30,591 bases of DNA, taken from contig DAOLQA010000003.1 in assembly GCA_035417885.1 (NCBI GenBank), positions 1 through 30,591 of the forward strand, given 5' to 3'. Shown piece by piece: positions 18,064 through 26,839 of the stretch. Under the pieces are notes generated by a model, which did no database searches, was not told where the DNA came from, and saw only the letters and a list, made by a program, of their open reading frames with translations. Each line of letters starts with the position of its first letter. Position 1 is the first letter of the stretch. Source of the DNA: a bacterium. GTDB taxonomy: Bacteria; Patescibacteriota; Patescibacteriia; JAGPKW01. The position numbers and the translations under genes are program-made.

Positions 18064-20067
18064 TTATCTACCTGGGAATCCTCCGCCTCCATTCATTTGT
18101 TGCATAAAATTCATATTTGATCTTGAGCTAGTAGATGTTGATTTTGATGAACTAGTACTAGTATTAGAAGCACTTGTTTTTATAACAACTTTATCTCCTT
18201 CATTTAAACCATTTATTATTTCTGTATTAGTATCATCTGAAATACCAGTCTCTACATTAATCTTTGTTGGTATTAATTTTGTTGTTAAAATGCCATTACT
18301 ATCTGTACTTATAGAGTTATTAAAAGTTTCAACATAACTCAAACCGTTAGAGGTTCTAATAGCTGAATTTGGAACAATTAATATATCTGATTTTGAATCA
18401 GTTATAATATCAGCAGTCACGCTCATGCCTGGTTTAATTCTCTGATCTTCTATATCAAAACTAACTTTCACAGTATAAGAAACAACCCCTTGTGTTGTTG
18501 TACCTAGAGTATCAACTTCTACAACTTTACCAGTTATTGTTAAATTTTCTACAGAATCAAATGTTAATGTTGCTTTTTGACCAACTTTTATTTTTGGTAT
18601 ATCTGTTTCAGTAAAAGAAATCTCTGCAATACTATGGTCACTAATAACAGTTGCCAGAATCGATCCAGCAGAAGTTTTATCTCCAACATTAACATTTAGA
18701 TTAGCAAGTTTTCCATCAAAGGGCGCTTTTATTATGTAATTTTCGTCTTTTTCATCTAGAAGATTCTGTAAATTATCTGCTGCCTGGCTAACGGACAATT
18801 CATAAGATTTTACTTCTATAGGATCAGGTGGTGATATTAACTCTTTATATGAAGCTTCCTGTATTTTTAAATTACTCTGAGCTGCAGCTAAATCTATTGG
18901 CTGATTCTTAATTAAATTTGCAAGGCTTGTATTTATATCATCCAAATTCTTTTTTGCTGTTACTATACCAGATCCACCGGTTTTAGCAGATATAAGCTGA
19001 GATAAATATGAGTTTGCTGACGATGTATCTTGCTTTAATAATGTATTATATGTATTTATATTATAATAAAGTGTCCTCTTCCTTTGGTTACTATAATCAA
19101 TAAAATAATTATATAAGTTATTTAAATTTCGTGTGGCTTCTGTAATAGTTTCTGCTGTATTAATTGCATTATCTAAAAAACTTCCTATTTCTTCTTTTGA
19201 TGAGCTTTTACTTAAGTTCCTGTATCCAACAACATTTGTATCATAAATAGTCCTTGCATTTTTATATGCTAATGTTGCTTTTTTAGCTAATGTAATAAAT
19301 GTATCTTTATCAGCATCAGTATCAAAAACATAAGAATTTGAAATATCCTCCCAATACTTTGGTATCTCTACATTATAAAACTGACTTAAGTCAATTAAAT
19401 TTACATCCTTTGTAGGGTCACCAGTTATATCTTGAGGTAATAATTCATTTGTAAGATATAAAACTGTCCTTAAATCATTCATTATATTGCTAAATCCCAT
19501 AAAAGCTGCATCTATAGTATTTAGGGCTGATGTATATGAATTTTCTAATGCCGTTTCTGCATTTTCTTTTGATTCAAGTGTTTGATTATATGTAGTCTGT
19601 TGAGAAATTTTCAATTTTTCTACATTATCTTTAGCGTTTTGTAGAGAACTTTGTGCTTGAGCTAGTTGTAACTCAGTTGGCCCATCAATAGCTTTTTTAT
19701 AATTATTTTGTGCTGTCTCTAAATTAATCCTCGCATTTCGTATCTGCTTATCTATATCAGATGAATCAAGAATAATCAAAACATCACCTGCCTTTACCTT
19801 GTCACCTTCCTTTGCATTGACTTGCAATACGGTAGTAGATGCAGTTGTTTTTAAATCTGACTGACTCGAAGCATTAACCTGCCCAGTGGCAGATATAGTT
19901 GATATTATTGTCCCTTTTTCAACTGTACCAATTGTATATTCTATTGCTCCGCTTGATTGGTTTCCAGATGCTCTTACTATAAAATATATACCCAAACCAA
20001 GAGTCAAAATAACTAATGGGACAATTATTTTATGTTTTGTTATTTGCTGCAAAATTTTTTTAGACAT
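18064..20067 (-). CDS. Periplasmic adaptor / membrane fusion protein (MacA/YknX-type) with a very long helical insert
   Basis: N-terminal TM, lipoyl halves EGDKVKAGDVL and IKAPFDG, beta-barrel G.V..VD..G....GVVSY.V, VETGISD..TEIINGLNEGDKVV. Confidence 0.9.
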   Translation of the reverse strand: MSKKILQQITKHKIIVPLVILTLGLGIYFIVRASGNQSSGAIEYTIGTVEKGTIISTISATGQVNASSQSDLKTTASTTVLQVNAKEGDKVKAGDVLIILDSSDIDKQIRNARINLETAQNNYKKAIDGPTELQLAQAQSSLQNAKDNVEKLKISQQTTYNQTLESKENAETALENSYTSALNTIDAAFMGFSNIMNDLRTVLYLTNELLPQDITGDPTKDVNLIDLSQFYNVEIPKYWEDISNSYVFDTDADKDTFITLAKKATLAYKNARTIYDTNVVGYRNLSKSSSKEEIGSFLDNAINTAETITEATRNLNNLYNYFIDYSNQRKRTLYYNINTYNTLLKQDTSSANSYLSQLISAKTGGSGIVTAKKNLDDINTSLANLIKNQPIDLAAAQSNLKIQEASYKELISPPDPIEVKSYELSVSQAADNLQNLLDEKDENYIIKAPFDGKLANLNVNVGDKTSAGSILATVISDHSIAEISFTETDIPKIKVGQKATLTFDSVENLTITGKVVEVDTLGTTTQGVVSYTVKVSFDIEDQRIKPGMSVTADIITDSKSDILIVPNSAIRTSNGLSYVETFNNSISTDSNGILTTKLIPTKINVETGISDDTNTEIINGLNEGDKVVIKTSASNTSTSSSKSTSTSSRSNMNFMQQMNGGGGFPGR

Positions 20068-20077
20068 ATTAATATCT

Positions 20078-20587
20078 TTATTTGTTTAATGGCTCTGGCA
20101 TTATCCTTATTAATTTAGCTTCTATTTCTCCAGAACTATTTGGTTCTCCTATTATAACAACCTTTTGTCCAACCTTTAGATCTTGTTTTCCAACATTTTG
20201 ATTAAACATTCTGATAGTTGTATCATCATCTATAATTACTATCTTTTCAGTATTATCTATATCTTTTATTACTAGTGATCCATCATTATTAATCATTATA
20301 ATCTCTCCAGCAGACCCATTTGAGTTTATAAATCCCATATTTTGATCTTTAAATCTCTCATTAAAAGGTGGCTCCATTCCGTGCTGTAATATATTGTTAT
20401 TATAATTATCTCGCCAATTATATGAAAAGTTTGCTTTTTCAAAACCTATATGGACGCCAAAACTGAATGTAATTAATAAAATTATTAAGAATAAGATTAC
20501 GCCTCCAACAATCTTAAATGCTTTTGATTTAAATACATCACTTATAATATTAATTTTTTCTGGTCCAATATTATTTTTTTCTTCCAT
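20078..20587 (-). CDS. Membrane-anchored DUF5666-like protein
   Basis: N-terminal TM; AGEII..GSLVIKD..TTIR..DLKVGQKVVIIGEPNSSGEIEAKLIRI; alignable by eye with 15684-16121. Confidence 0.72.
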   Translation of the reverse strand: MEEKNNIGPEKINIISDVFKSKAFKIVGGVILFLIILLITFSFGVHIGFEKANFSYNWRDNYNNNILQHGMEPPFNERFKDQNMGFINSNGSAGEIIMINNDGSLVIKDIDNTEKIVIIDDDTTIRMFNQNVGKQDLKVGQKVVIIGEPNSSGEIEAKLIRIMPEPLNK

Positions 20588-20591
20588 AATT

Positions 20592-21020
20592 TTAATTTAT
20601 TAGTTTGTAATTATTATTTTGTTTATAATTATTAAATATCTTGATAACTTGCAGAAAAACTTTTATAAAGAAGAATGACATAGCTCCTATTAATAATGAT
20701 AATATTACATTAGTTATTGGTATAGTTTCAAGTAGTGAAATTATAAAATTCTTCCTATTCTGTAAAATTATATTAAAATCTGAAAAGATTAATGAAAAAA
20801 AGGATGAAAAACCTGTTTCTACTGCCTTATTTCTGATAAGAACAATAGAAAATATAAATAAAGACATAGATATTATTGTACTGATGGAAATAAACATAAT
20901 TTTCCTTCTCAATATAATAAAATTCTCCTCTGCTTTTATATTTTGTATTATTCTATCAAAAAGAGTCTTACTTGGCTCTTTTTGTTTTATTCCTTTTAAA
21001 AAATCTTTATATGTTTTCAT
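20592..21020 (-). CDS. Putative membrane anti-sigma factor
   Basis: Short cytoplasmic N-terminus with EPSKTLFDRIIQNI (anti-sigma helix-like P...L..RI...I) followed by 2-3 TM helices; heads the operon containing the ECF sigma. Confidence 0.55.
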   Translation of the reverse strand: MKTYKDFLKGIKQKEPSKTLFDRIIQNIKAEENFIILRRKIMFISISTIISMSLFIFSIVLIRNKAVETGFSSFFSLIFSDFNIILQNRKNFIISLLETIPITNVILSLLIGAMSFFFIKVFLQVIKIFNNYKQNNNYKLIN

Positions 21021-21041
21021 ATTTTTTGGTTAATGATATAT

Positions 21042-21072
21042 ATTATACGAATGAAATTAACATTTTGGTGCA
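21042..21072 (-). promoter_or_regulatory. Promoter of the anti-sigma/exporter operon, ECF-like
   Basis: Minus strand TGCACC-17 bp-CGTATAAT; could also be a sigma70 -10. Confidence 0.45.
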
Positions 21073-21080
21073 ATAATATA

Positions 21081-21109
21081 AATATGGCATTATCTTTAAA
21101 TGCCATATT
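21081..21109 (-). terminator. Hairpin/terminator after the Kazal gene
   Basis: AATATGGCAT-9 nt-ATGCCATATT perfect 10-bp inverted repeat, 12 bp past the stop. Confidence 0.65.
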
Positions 21110-21121
21110 ATATATTGTATA

Positions 21122-22165
21122 TTACTTATTTTTCATTTTTGGCTTAAATATACTCCTAAAAAACTCTTTTATTCTTACAAAAATAGTTCGTTTTTTTGCT
21201 ATTGGTTCTTTTACTAGATTTGTCTTTACACTTTCCTGGATTATTTCATTTTCCTTTATCATTTGTAAATTATCTATTTTTACAACACCTGACGGCTCCA
21301 AATGGGTAGTGATTTCAACTGTATAATTATTATATCCATCACTAAATTCAAATCTTAAATTATTATCATTAATCCAATTAATTTCTCCTATAATATAAAA
21401 CTGCTTGCCATAGCTGCTTTCTATACCATAATTTTTTGCTATTTGTGTTATATTGTTTTTAATATATTCTTCTATAATATTTTTATCATCATTTTTTTTA
21501 TCTACTTCTTTACCATTATCTTTTACTAAATAAAACAAATCTACTTTTATACCATATGGGTTGTCTTTTGTTTTTTCTAAAACATTAGTAAAAGCAAATA
21601 AATTTGCAATATATGATACATGCCCATCCTCATATTCTACTTGAAGTAAATTTAAATTATCCTCATAAACCCAATACATGTTTGTTACATAAAACTTCCC
21701 TCCCAATACTTCATGAATCCCAAAATCATTTGATATCTTAGATATATTATCTCTTACATATTCTTCTATTCTGTTTCTGTCTTCCTGACTCATTAAACTA
21801 TCTGCACAAATTCTTCTACTAGTATTATCACTTAACAAGCATGGGTCTACTATTTGTGTTGTACCATATCCACATTTCTGACCATTTAGACCACCTATAC
21901 ATCTGGGGATATTGCTAGCACTATAGCCATCTTCACATCTACCTTTATATAAAAATTTTGCTAGCTTATTTTTTCTCATTTGGCACATGTTGCTAAATGT
22001 TTGATAAACTGGATCACATGGGGCTTTTATACACTCAATCTGAACTTCTGCACATACTGGATCATATTCCATAGTGCAAGCACCAGTATCAATATTATCT
22101 AAATCTGATGCTTCAACTTGTATAGTAAGTAGGGAAAATAATATAAATAAAAATGCTTTTTTCAT
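21122..22165 (-). CDS. Secreted protein with a Kazal-type serine protease inhibitor domain and a duplicated unknown domain
   Basis: Signal peptide; ACTMEYDPVC...TFSNMC...LYKGRC; repeats IEEYVRDNISKI and IEEYIKNNITQI; amphipathic basic C-terminus. Confidence 0.8.
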   Translation of the reverse strand: MKKAFLFILFSLLTIQVEASDLDNIDTGACTMEYDPVCAEVQIECIKAPCDPVYQTFSNMCQMRKNKLAKFLYKGRCEDGYSASNIPRCIGGLNGQKCGYGTTQIVDPCLLSDNTSRRICADSLMSQEDRNRIEEYVRDNISKISNDFGIHEVLGGKFYVTNMYWVYEDNLNLLQVEYEDGHVSYIANLFAFTNVLEKTKDNPYGIKVDLFYLVKDNGKEVDKKNDDKNIIEEYIKNNITQIAKNYGIESSYGKQFYIIGEINWINDNNLRFEFSDGYNNYTVEITTHLEPSGVVKIDNLQMIKENEIIQESVKTNLVKEPIAKKRTIFVRIKEFFRSIFKPKMKNK

Positions 22166-22183
22166 ATAATTAATATTATTTAA

Positions 22184-23137
22184 TTATTCTGTCGCGATTG
22201 TTATATCCCCACATTTATCTTTTGAGGTATTTACAACATCCATAATATCATCTATTTTGGGTTCATATCCTGTTATTTTTGTTCCATCTTTTAATGTTGC
22301 TGAAACTAGCAGACTATGTGCTTGCATTATATCTTTAACATTACAATTTTCTATTGCTGATTTTATATTTAACCATGATGTATCAACTACTGCATTATTA
22401 TTTATAATATTATCTACTTCTTCATAACCTGTTAAATATGAATAATTATACCTAGCTGGAAGAGCAAAAATATATTTATCGTTTCTAGCTAATTCTCTTG
22501 GATTTATTGGGGCAGCACCTATATGGAACTTATCTGCTTGCATATTATCCCATTGTTCTGATATAAATACCATAACTGGTATATCTTGCCTTGGATTTTC
22601 TTTTGTCCATTCTGGATGTCTTATAGATATTAATGGACCTTGTTCAACCTTATTTGCTATTGCTCCATAAGAATCATAATAATTACCAGACCATTTGTCA
22701 GAAATTATAGAAAATCCTTTCCATGTGCTTGGTAGTAGAACGCTAAAACCATAATCAGCATTGTCATATTGAATTTGTTCTCTTGTATTTGCTGTTGAAC
22801 AGTTATTAAATGTAGTATTACCATTTTCTTCTATAAAAGCAGTATCTCCTTTATTCCAAAAGACAAATGATTCATCTTGGTTTGCATATCTTGCACCAGA
22901 TGCAGAAATTGCCTGTGGAATCAACATGTTCCTACCATCACTTAATGTAAGTTCTACTTTCCCATTAAAAAATAGGGCATGTATACTTTTATTATTGTCA
23001 CAATTGAATGTCACATCTGCTATAATATTATTATCGTTCGTAGCTTCTTGAGGTGCTGATTTGTTTGTACTTACAATGTATATTATTCCTCCCACTATCA
23101 ATAATACCCCAATTGATATTGGTATTATTTTTTTCAT
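22184..23137 (-). CDS. Membrane-anchored multidomain protein with an MliC/PliC lysozyme-inhibitor domain
   Basis: N-terminal TM; FNCDN...ISASGARY...FWNKGD...NC (MliC motifs and the Cys pair); about 200 further aa unassigned. Confidence 0.85.
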   Translation of the reverse strand: MKKIIPISIGVLLIVGGIIYIVSTNKSAPQEATNDNNIIADVTFNCDNNKSIHALFFNGKVELTLSDGRNMLIPQAISASGARYANQDESFVFWNKGDTAFIEENGNTTFNNCSTANTREQIQYDNADYGFSVLLPSTWKGFSIISDKWSGNYYDSYGAIANKVEQGPLISIRHPEWTKENPRQDIPVMVFISEQWDNMQADKFHIGAAPINPRELARNDKYIFALPARYNYSYLTGYEEVDNIINNNAVVDTSWLNIKSAIENCNVKDIMQAHSLLVSATLKDGTKITGYEPKIDDIMDVVNTSKDKCGDITIATE

Positions 23138-23166
23138 ATATTTGTTTATTATTTATTATTATTCTA

Positions 23167-23197
23167 ATTATAACGCAAAATAAAGAGAAAAGTAACA
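23167..23197 (-). promoter_or_regulatory. Promoter of the MliC-Kazal unit, ECF-like
   Basis: Minus strand TGTTAC-16 bp-CGTTATAAT; could also be a sigma70 -10. Confidence 0.4.
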
Positions 23198-23203
23198 TGA
23201 GTA

Positions 23204-25024
23204 TTATTCTGCAAATTGGCTATTGTATATAGATGCATAAAAACCATTTTTTGCAAGTAATTCCTCGTGCTTACCTTGTTCAACAATATTTCCGTCTTTG
23301 ACTACTAATATTAAATCTGCATTTTTTATTGTAGATAATCTATGTGCTATTACAAAACTTGTTTTATTGTTATCTGTTAGTTTATCCATCGCTGCTTGTA
23401 TAGCAATTTCTGTTCTAGTATCAACAGAACTAGTAGCTTCATCTAATATTAACATTGGAGGATCAGCTAATAAAGCTCTGGCTATTGTTAAAAGTTGCTT
23501 TTCTCCTGCTGATATATTATCTATAGAATCTTCTATTATTGTATTATAACCATTAGGGAGGGTTCTTATAAAATGGTCTGCATAAGATTCTTTAGCAGCT
23601 TTTATTATCTCATCTTGAGTTGCGTTTGGTTTACCAAATGCTATATTTTCAGCAACTGTTCCACTAAATAACCACGTATCCTGTAACACCATTCCGAACA
23701 TTTGACGAACATCTTTTTTGCTCATTTTATCAATATCAATACCATCTATTGATATGGAACCTTTATCAATATCATAAAATCTCATTAAAAGATTCACTAT
23801 TGTTGTTTTACCTGCACCAGTTGGACCAACTATTGCTACATTACATTTTGGTTCTATATATGCAGTAAAATCTTTAATTATAGCTTCTTCATTATTATAA
23901 CTAAAATAAACATGATTGAATACAACTTCTCCATTTACATGTTCTGGAGCTGGTATAACATCTATTTCTGGTTTTTCTTCTTCTTCAGCTAAAAATTCAA
24001 ATATTCTTTCTGCTGCTGCTACTGTTGATTGAAGTATATTTGTAATATTAGCAACTTGAGTAATAGGCTGTGTAAAATGACTCATATATTGAATAAAAGC
24101 TTGAATATCTCCAATAGTTATCTTACCAGATATAGCCATTCTTCCGCCAACAAGTACAACTCCTACATAACCAAGATTATTAGCAACTGACATAATAGGC
24201 ATCATTAAACCTGCTAAAAATTGAGATTTCCAATTACTCTCATATAAATTCTCATTGATAGAATTAAATTTCCTTATTGACTTATTCTCTCCATTAAAGC
24301 TTTTTACAATCAAATGATTTGAAAACATTTCCTCTATGTGGCCATCCATATCACCAAGAGCTTGTTGGTGAATTTCAAAATTTTTCTGTGATTTTTTCAT
24401 AATGACTCTAACAAAAAGAAAACTAATAGGCAATATCAATATTGCAATTAGCGATAATTGCCAACTTGTAGTCAACATAATTATCAATATTCCGATTACT
24501 TTTATAATTGACTCTAAAAGTTGAACTAGACTTTGGTTTAAATTTTGGCTTATTGTTTCAACATCATTAGTAACACGGCTGACAACATCACCTCTCTGAC
24601 TAGAATCAAAATATTTTAATGGCAATCTAGATATTTTTGAAACAATATCTTTACGCAAATTATATGTTATTTGTTGTGATGCAGAAGACATCAACCATAA
24701 TTCAATATAATTAAATATCGCACTAGCAATATATAAAGATAACAAAATAAGAGCTGTCTTACCTAATGCTTGAAAATCTATACCTTTATTGCTTTCTATT
24801 CCTTTAACAATAGTATCAGTCATCTCTCCAAGAATCTTTGGATTTAAAATACTAAATACGGTGCTTAAAGTAGCTAATATAATAGAAAAAATAAATATAG
24901 TCTTATATGGTTTAAGATAATTTAGAAGTTTTTTGGATGCATTTTTAAAATCTTTAGGTTTTTCGGTCGACATTCTTCCTCTTCTCCTACCACCTCTTAA
25001 ACCTTGTTTATTCTCGTTTGCCAT
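23204..25024 (-). CDS. Heterodimeric multidrug ABC exporter subunit (TM288/EfrB-like)
   Basis: 6-TM domain plus NBD: GPTGAGKT, degenerate signature ISAGEKQ, LILDE, IAHR. Confidence 0.93.
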   Translation of the reverse strand: MANENKQGLRGGRRRGRMSTEKPKDFKNASKKLLNYLKPYKTIFIFSIILATLSTVFSILNPKILGEMTDTIVKGIESNKGIDFQALGKTALILLSLYIASAIFNYIELWLMSSASQQITYNLRKDIVSKISRLPLKYFDSSQRGDVVSRVTNDVETISQNLNQSLVQLLESIIKVIGILIIMLTTSWQLSLIAILILPISFLFVRVIMKKSQKNFEIHQQALGDMDGHIEEMFSNHLIVKSFNGENKSIRKFNSINENLYESNWKSQFLAGLMMPIMSVANNLGYVGVVLVGGRMAISGKITIGDIQAFIQYMSHFTQPITQVANITNILQSTVAAAERIFEFLAEEEEKPEIDVIPAPEHVNGEVVFNHVYFSYNNEEAIIKDFTAYIEPKCNVAIVGPTGAGKTTIVNLLMRFYDIDKGSISIDGIDIDKMSKKDVRQMFGMVLQDTWLFSGTVAENIAFGKPNATQDEIIKAAKESYADHFIRTLPNGYNTIIEDSIDNISAGEKQLLTIARALLADPPMLILDEATSSVDTRTEIAIQAAMDKLTDNNKTSFVIAHRLSTIKNADLILVVKDGNIVEQGKHEELLAKNGFYASIYNSQFAE

Positions 25025-25025
25025 A

Positions 25026-26768
25026 TTATTTTGTTGTATTATTAATTTCTTTTTCTGATAATTGACTTGCTACAATTTCTTGATATACAGAACAAGTCTT
25101 TAATAAATATTCATGCTTACCCTGGCCAGCAATTCTACCATTATCTAATACTATTATATTATCAGCTCCCATGATCGTGCTAATTCTTTGTCCTACTATT
25201 AAAATTGTTGCATCACTTAATTCTTTATTTAAAGCATTTCTAACTAATGCATCTGTTTTAAAATCTAATGCTGAAAAGCAATCATCAAATAAATATATTT
25301 TTGATCTCTTTAATATAGCTCTAGCTATTGTTAATCTTTGCTTTTGCCCTCCTGATAAATTACTACCACCTTGGGATACATCATCATCTAGTTTTTTGGG
25401 CAGTAAATTTACAAATTCTGTAGCTTGAGCTATATCTAATGCTTTATATATTTCTGCATCTGTAGCATTCTCTCTAGCATAAAGCATATTATCTTTAATT
25501 GTCCCAAAAAATAACTGAGCTTTTTGAGGAACATATGCTATAGCATCTCTTAATTCTTTTTGCTCTACATCTCTTACATCAATTCCATCTATTAAAACTG
25601 CGCCAGAAGATACATCATATAATCTTGGTATTAAATTTAACAATGTTGTTTTACCACTACCTGTGCCACCTATAATAGCTGTGACTTTCCCAGGATTAGC
25701 TATAAATGAAATATTTGCTAAAACTGTTTGCTCTGAATCTTCATACCTAAAACCAACATTTTTAAATTCAATAGATCCAGCCATATTATTTGAAAAATGT
25801 TTTGGATTTTGTGGATCTTTTATAGATGGCTCAACTGTCAATACTTCTTCAACTCTTTTTATAGATACTGCAGCTCTTGGTATGAGAATAAATATAACAG
25901 AAAACATTAAAAATGCCATTATTGCCTGAGTAATATATTGTATAAGAGCGAGAATATCACCAACTTCTAATAAATTTTGATTTATTAGATGAGACCCAAA
26001 CCATACAATACCAACTGATGTTAAACCCATAATCAATGTCATAACTGGTGCCAATATACCCATAAAACGAGTTACAAAAAGATTTAATTTTGTTGATTGT
26101 TTGTTAATTTCATCGAATTTATTTTGTATTAATTCATCTTTATTATATGCTCTTATCACCCTTACACCACTTATCATTTCTTTGATTTGAAGCCCTATCT
26201 TATCTACAAGTTTTTGTATAACTTTAAACTTTGGGACAGCTATAAAAAATATTGCAATGATTAAAACCAATAAGATAGATATTGCAACTATTATAATCCA
26301 CGACATGCTTGGAGCTAATTTGTATGCTTTAACAATAGCACCAATTCCCATTATTGGAGCTATTAATACTAATCTTAATAGTATAGAAAATATATTTTGT
26401 ATTTGCTGTATATCATTTGTAGCACGAGTTATTAAAGAAGATGATGAAAATGTATTAAACTCACTTAATGAAAAATTTTCTACTTTTTTGAAAACTTCCT
26501 CACGTATTTTTTTTGCATAACCACCAGCAATTTTTGAAGCTAAATATCCTACCCCAACAGCAAAAATGCCAGCTAATACAGTAATTGCTAACATTTTTAA
26601 ACCATTTGACCAAATAGCTTGCATATTATTTTTTGCAATACCATCATTAATTATTTTTGATGTATAGTCTGGTAGAGACAATGTTGCAAATCCTTGTGCA
26701 CCAATTAATACAAAAACTAATAGAATCCATGGTATATATTTTTTTAAATATTGTAACAAATGTTTCAT
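25026..26768 (-). CDS. Heterodimeric multidrug ABC exporter subunit (TM287/EfrA-like)
   Basis: 6-TM domain plus NBD: GGTGSGKT, LSGGQKQ, degenerate Walker B LFDD, His-switch replaced by Gln (VGQR). Confidence 0.93.
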   Translation of the reverse strand: MKHLLQYLKKYIPWILLVFVLIGAQGFATLSLPDYTSKIINDGIAKNNMQAIWSNGLKMLAITVLAGIFAVGVGYLASKIAGGYAKKIREEVFKKVENFSLSEFNTFSSSSLITRATNDIQQIQNIFSILLRLVLIAPIMGIGAIVKAYKLAPSMSWIIIVAISILLVLIIAIFFIAVPKFKVIQKLVDKIGLQIKEMISGVRVIRAYNKDELIQNKFDEINKQSTKLNLFVTRFMGILAPVMTLIMGLTSVGIVWFGSHLINQNLLEVGDILALIQYITQAIMAFLMFSVIFILIPRAAVSIKRVEEVLTVEPSIKDPQNPKHFSNNMAGSIEFKNVGFRYEDSEQTVLANISFIANPGKVTAIIGGTGSGKTTLLNLIPRLYDVSSGAVLIDGIDVRDVEQKELRDAIAYVPQKAQLFFGTIKDNMLYARENATDAEIYKALDIAQATEFVNLLPKKLDDDVSQGGSNLSGGQKQRLTIARAILKRSKIYLFDDCFSALDFKTDALVRNALNKELSDATILIVGQRISTIMGADNIIVLDNGRIAGQGKHEYLLKTCSVYQEIVASQLSEKEINNTTK

Positions 26769-26803
26769 AATAATATATAAATCTAAAATTTAAAAACAAA
26801 AAC

Positions 26804-26839
26804 AAAAAGTATTATAATACTTTTTTATTTATAATTCAA
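26804..26839 (-). promoter_or_regulatory. sigma70 promoter with a 22-bp palindrome over the -10 box
   Basis: Minus strand TTGAAT-17 bp-TATAAT; 26804-26825 AAAAAGTATTATAATACTTTTT is a perfect palindrome. Confidence 0.55.

Noticed and set aside
23204-26768. Non-canonical ABC motifs (ISAGE, LFDD, VGQR) as signs of pseudogenisation
   Set aside because: This is the established consensus/degenerate site asymmetry of heterodimeric exporters such as TM287/288
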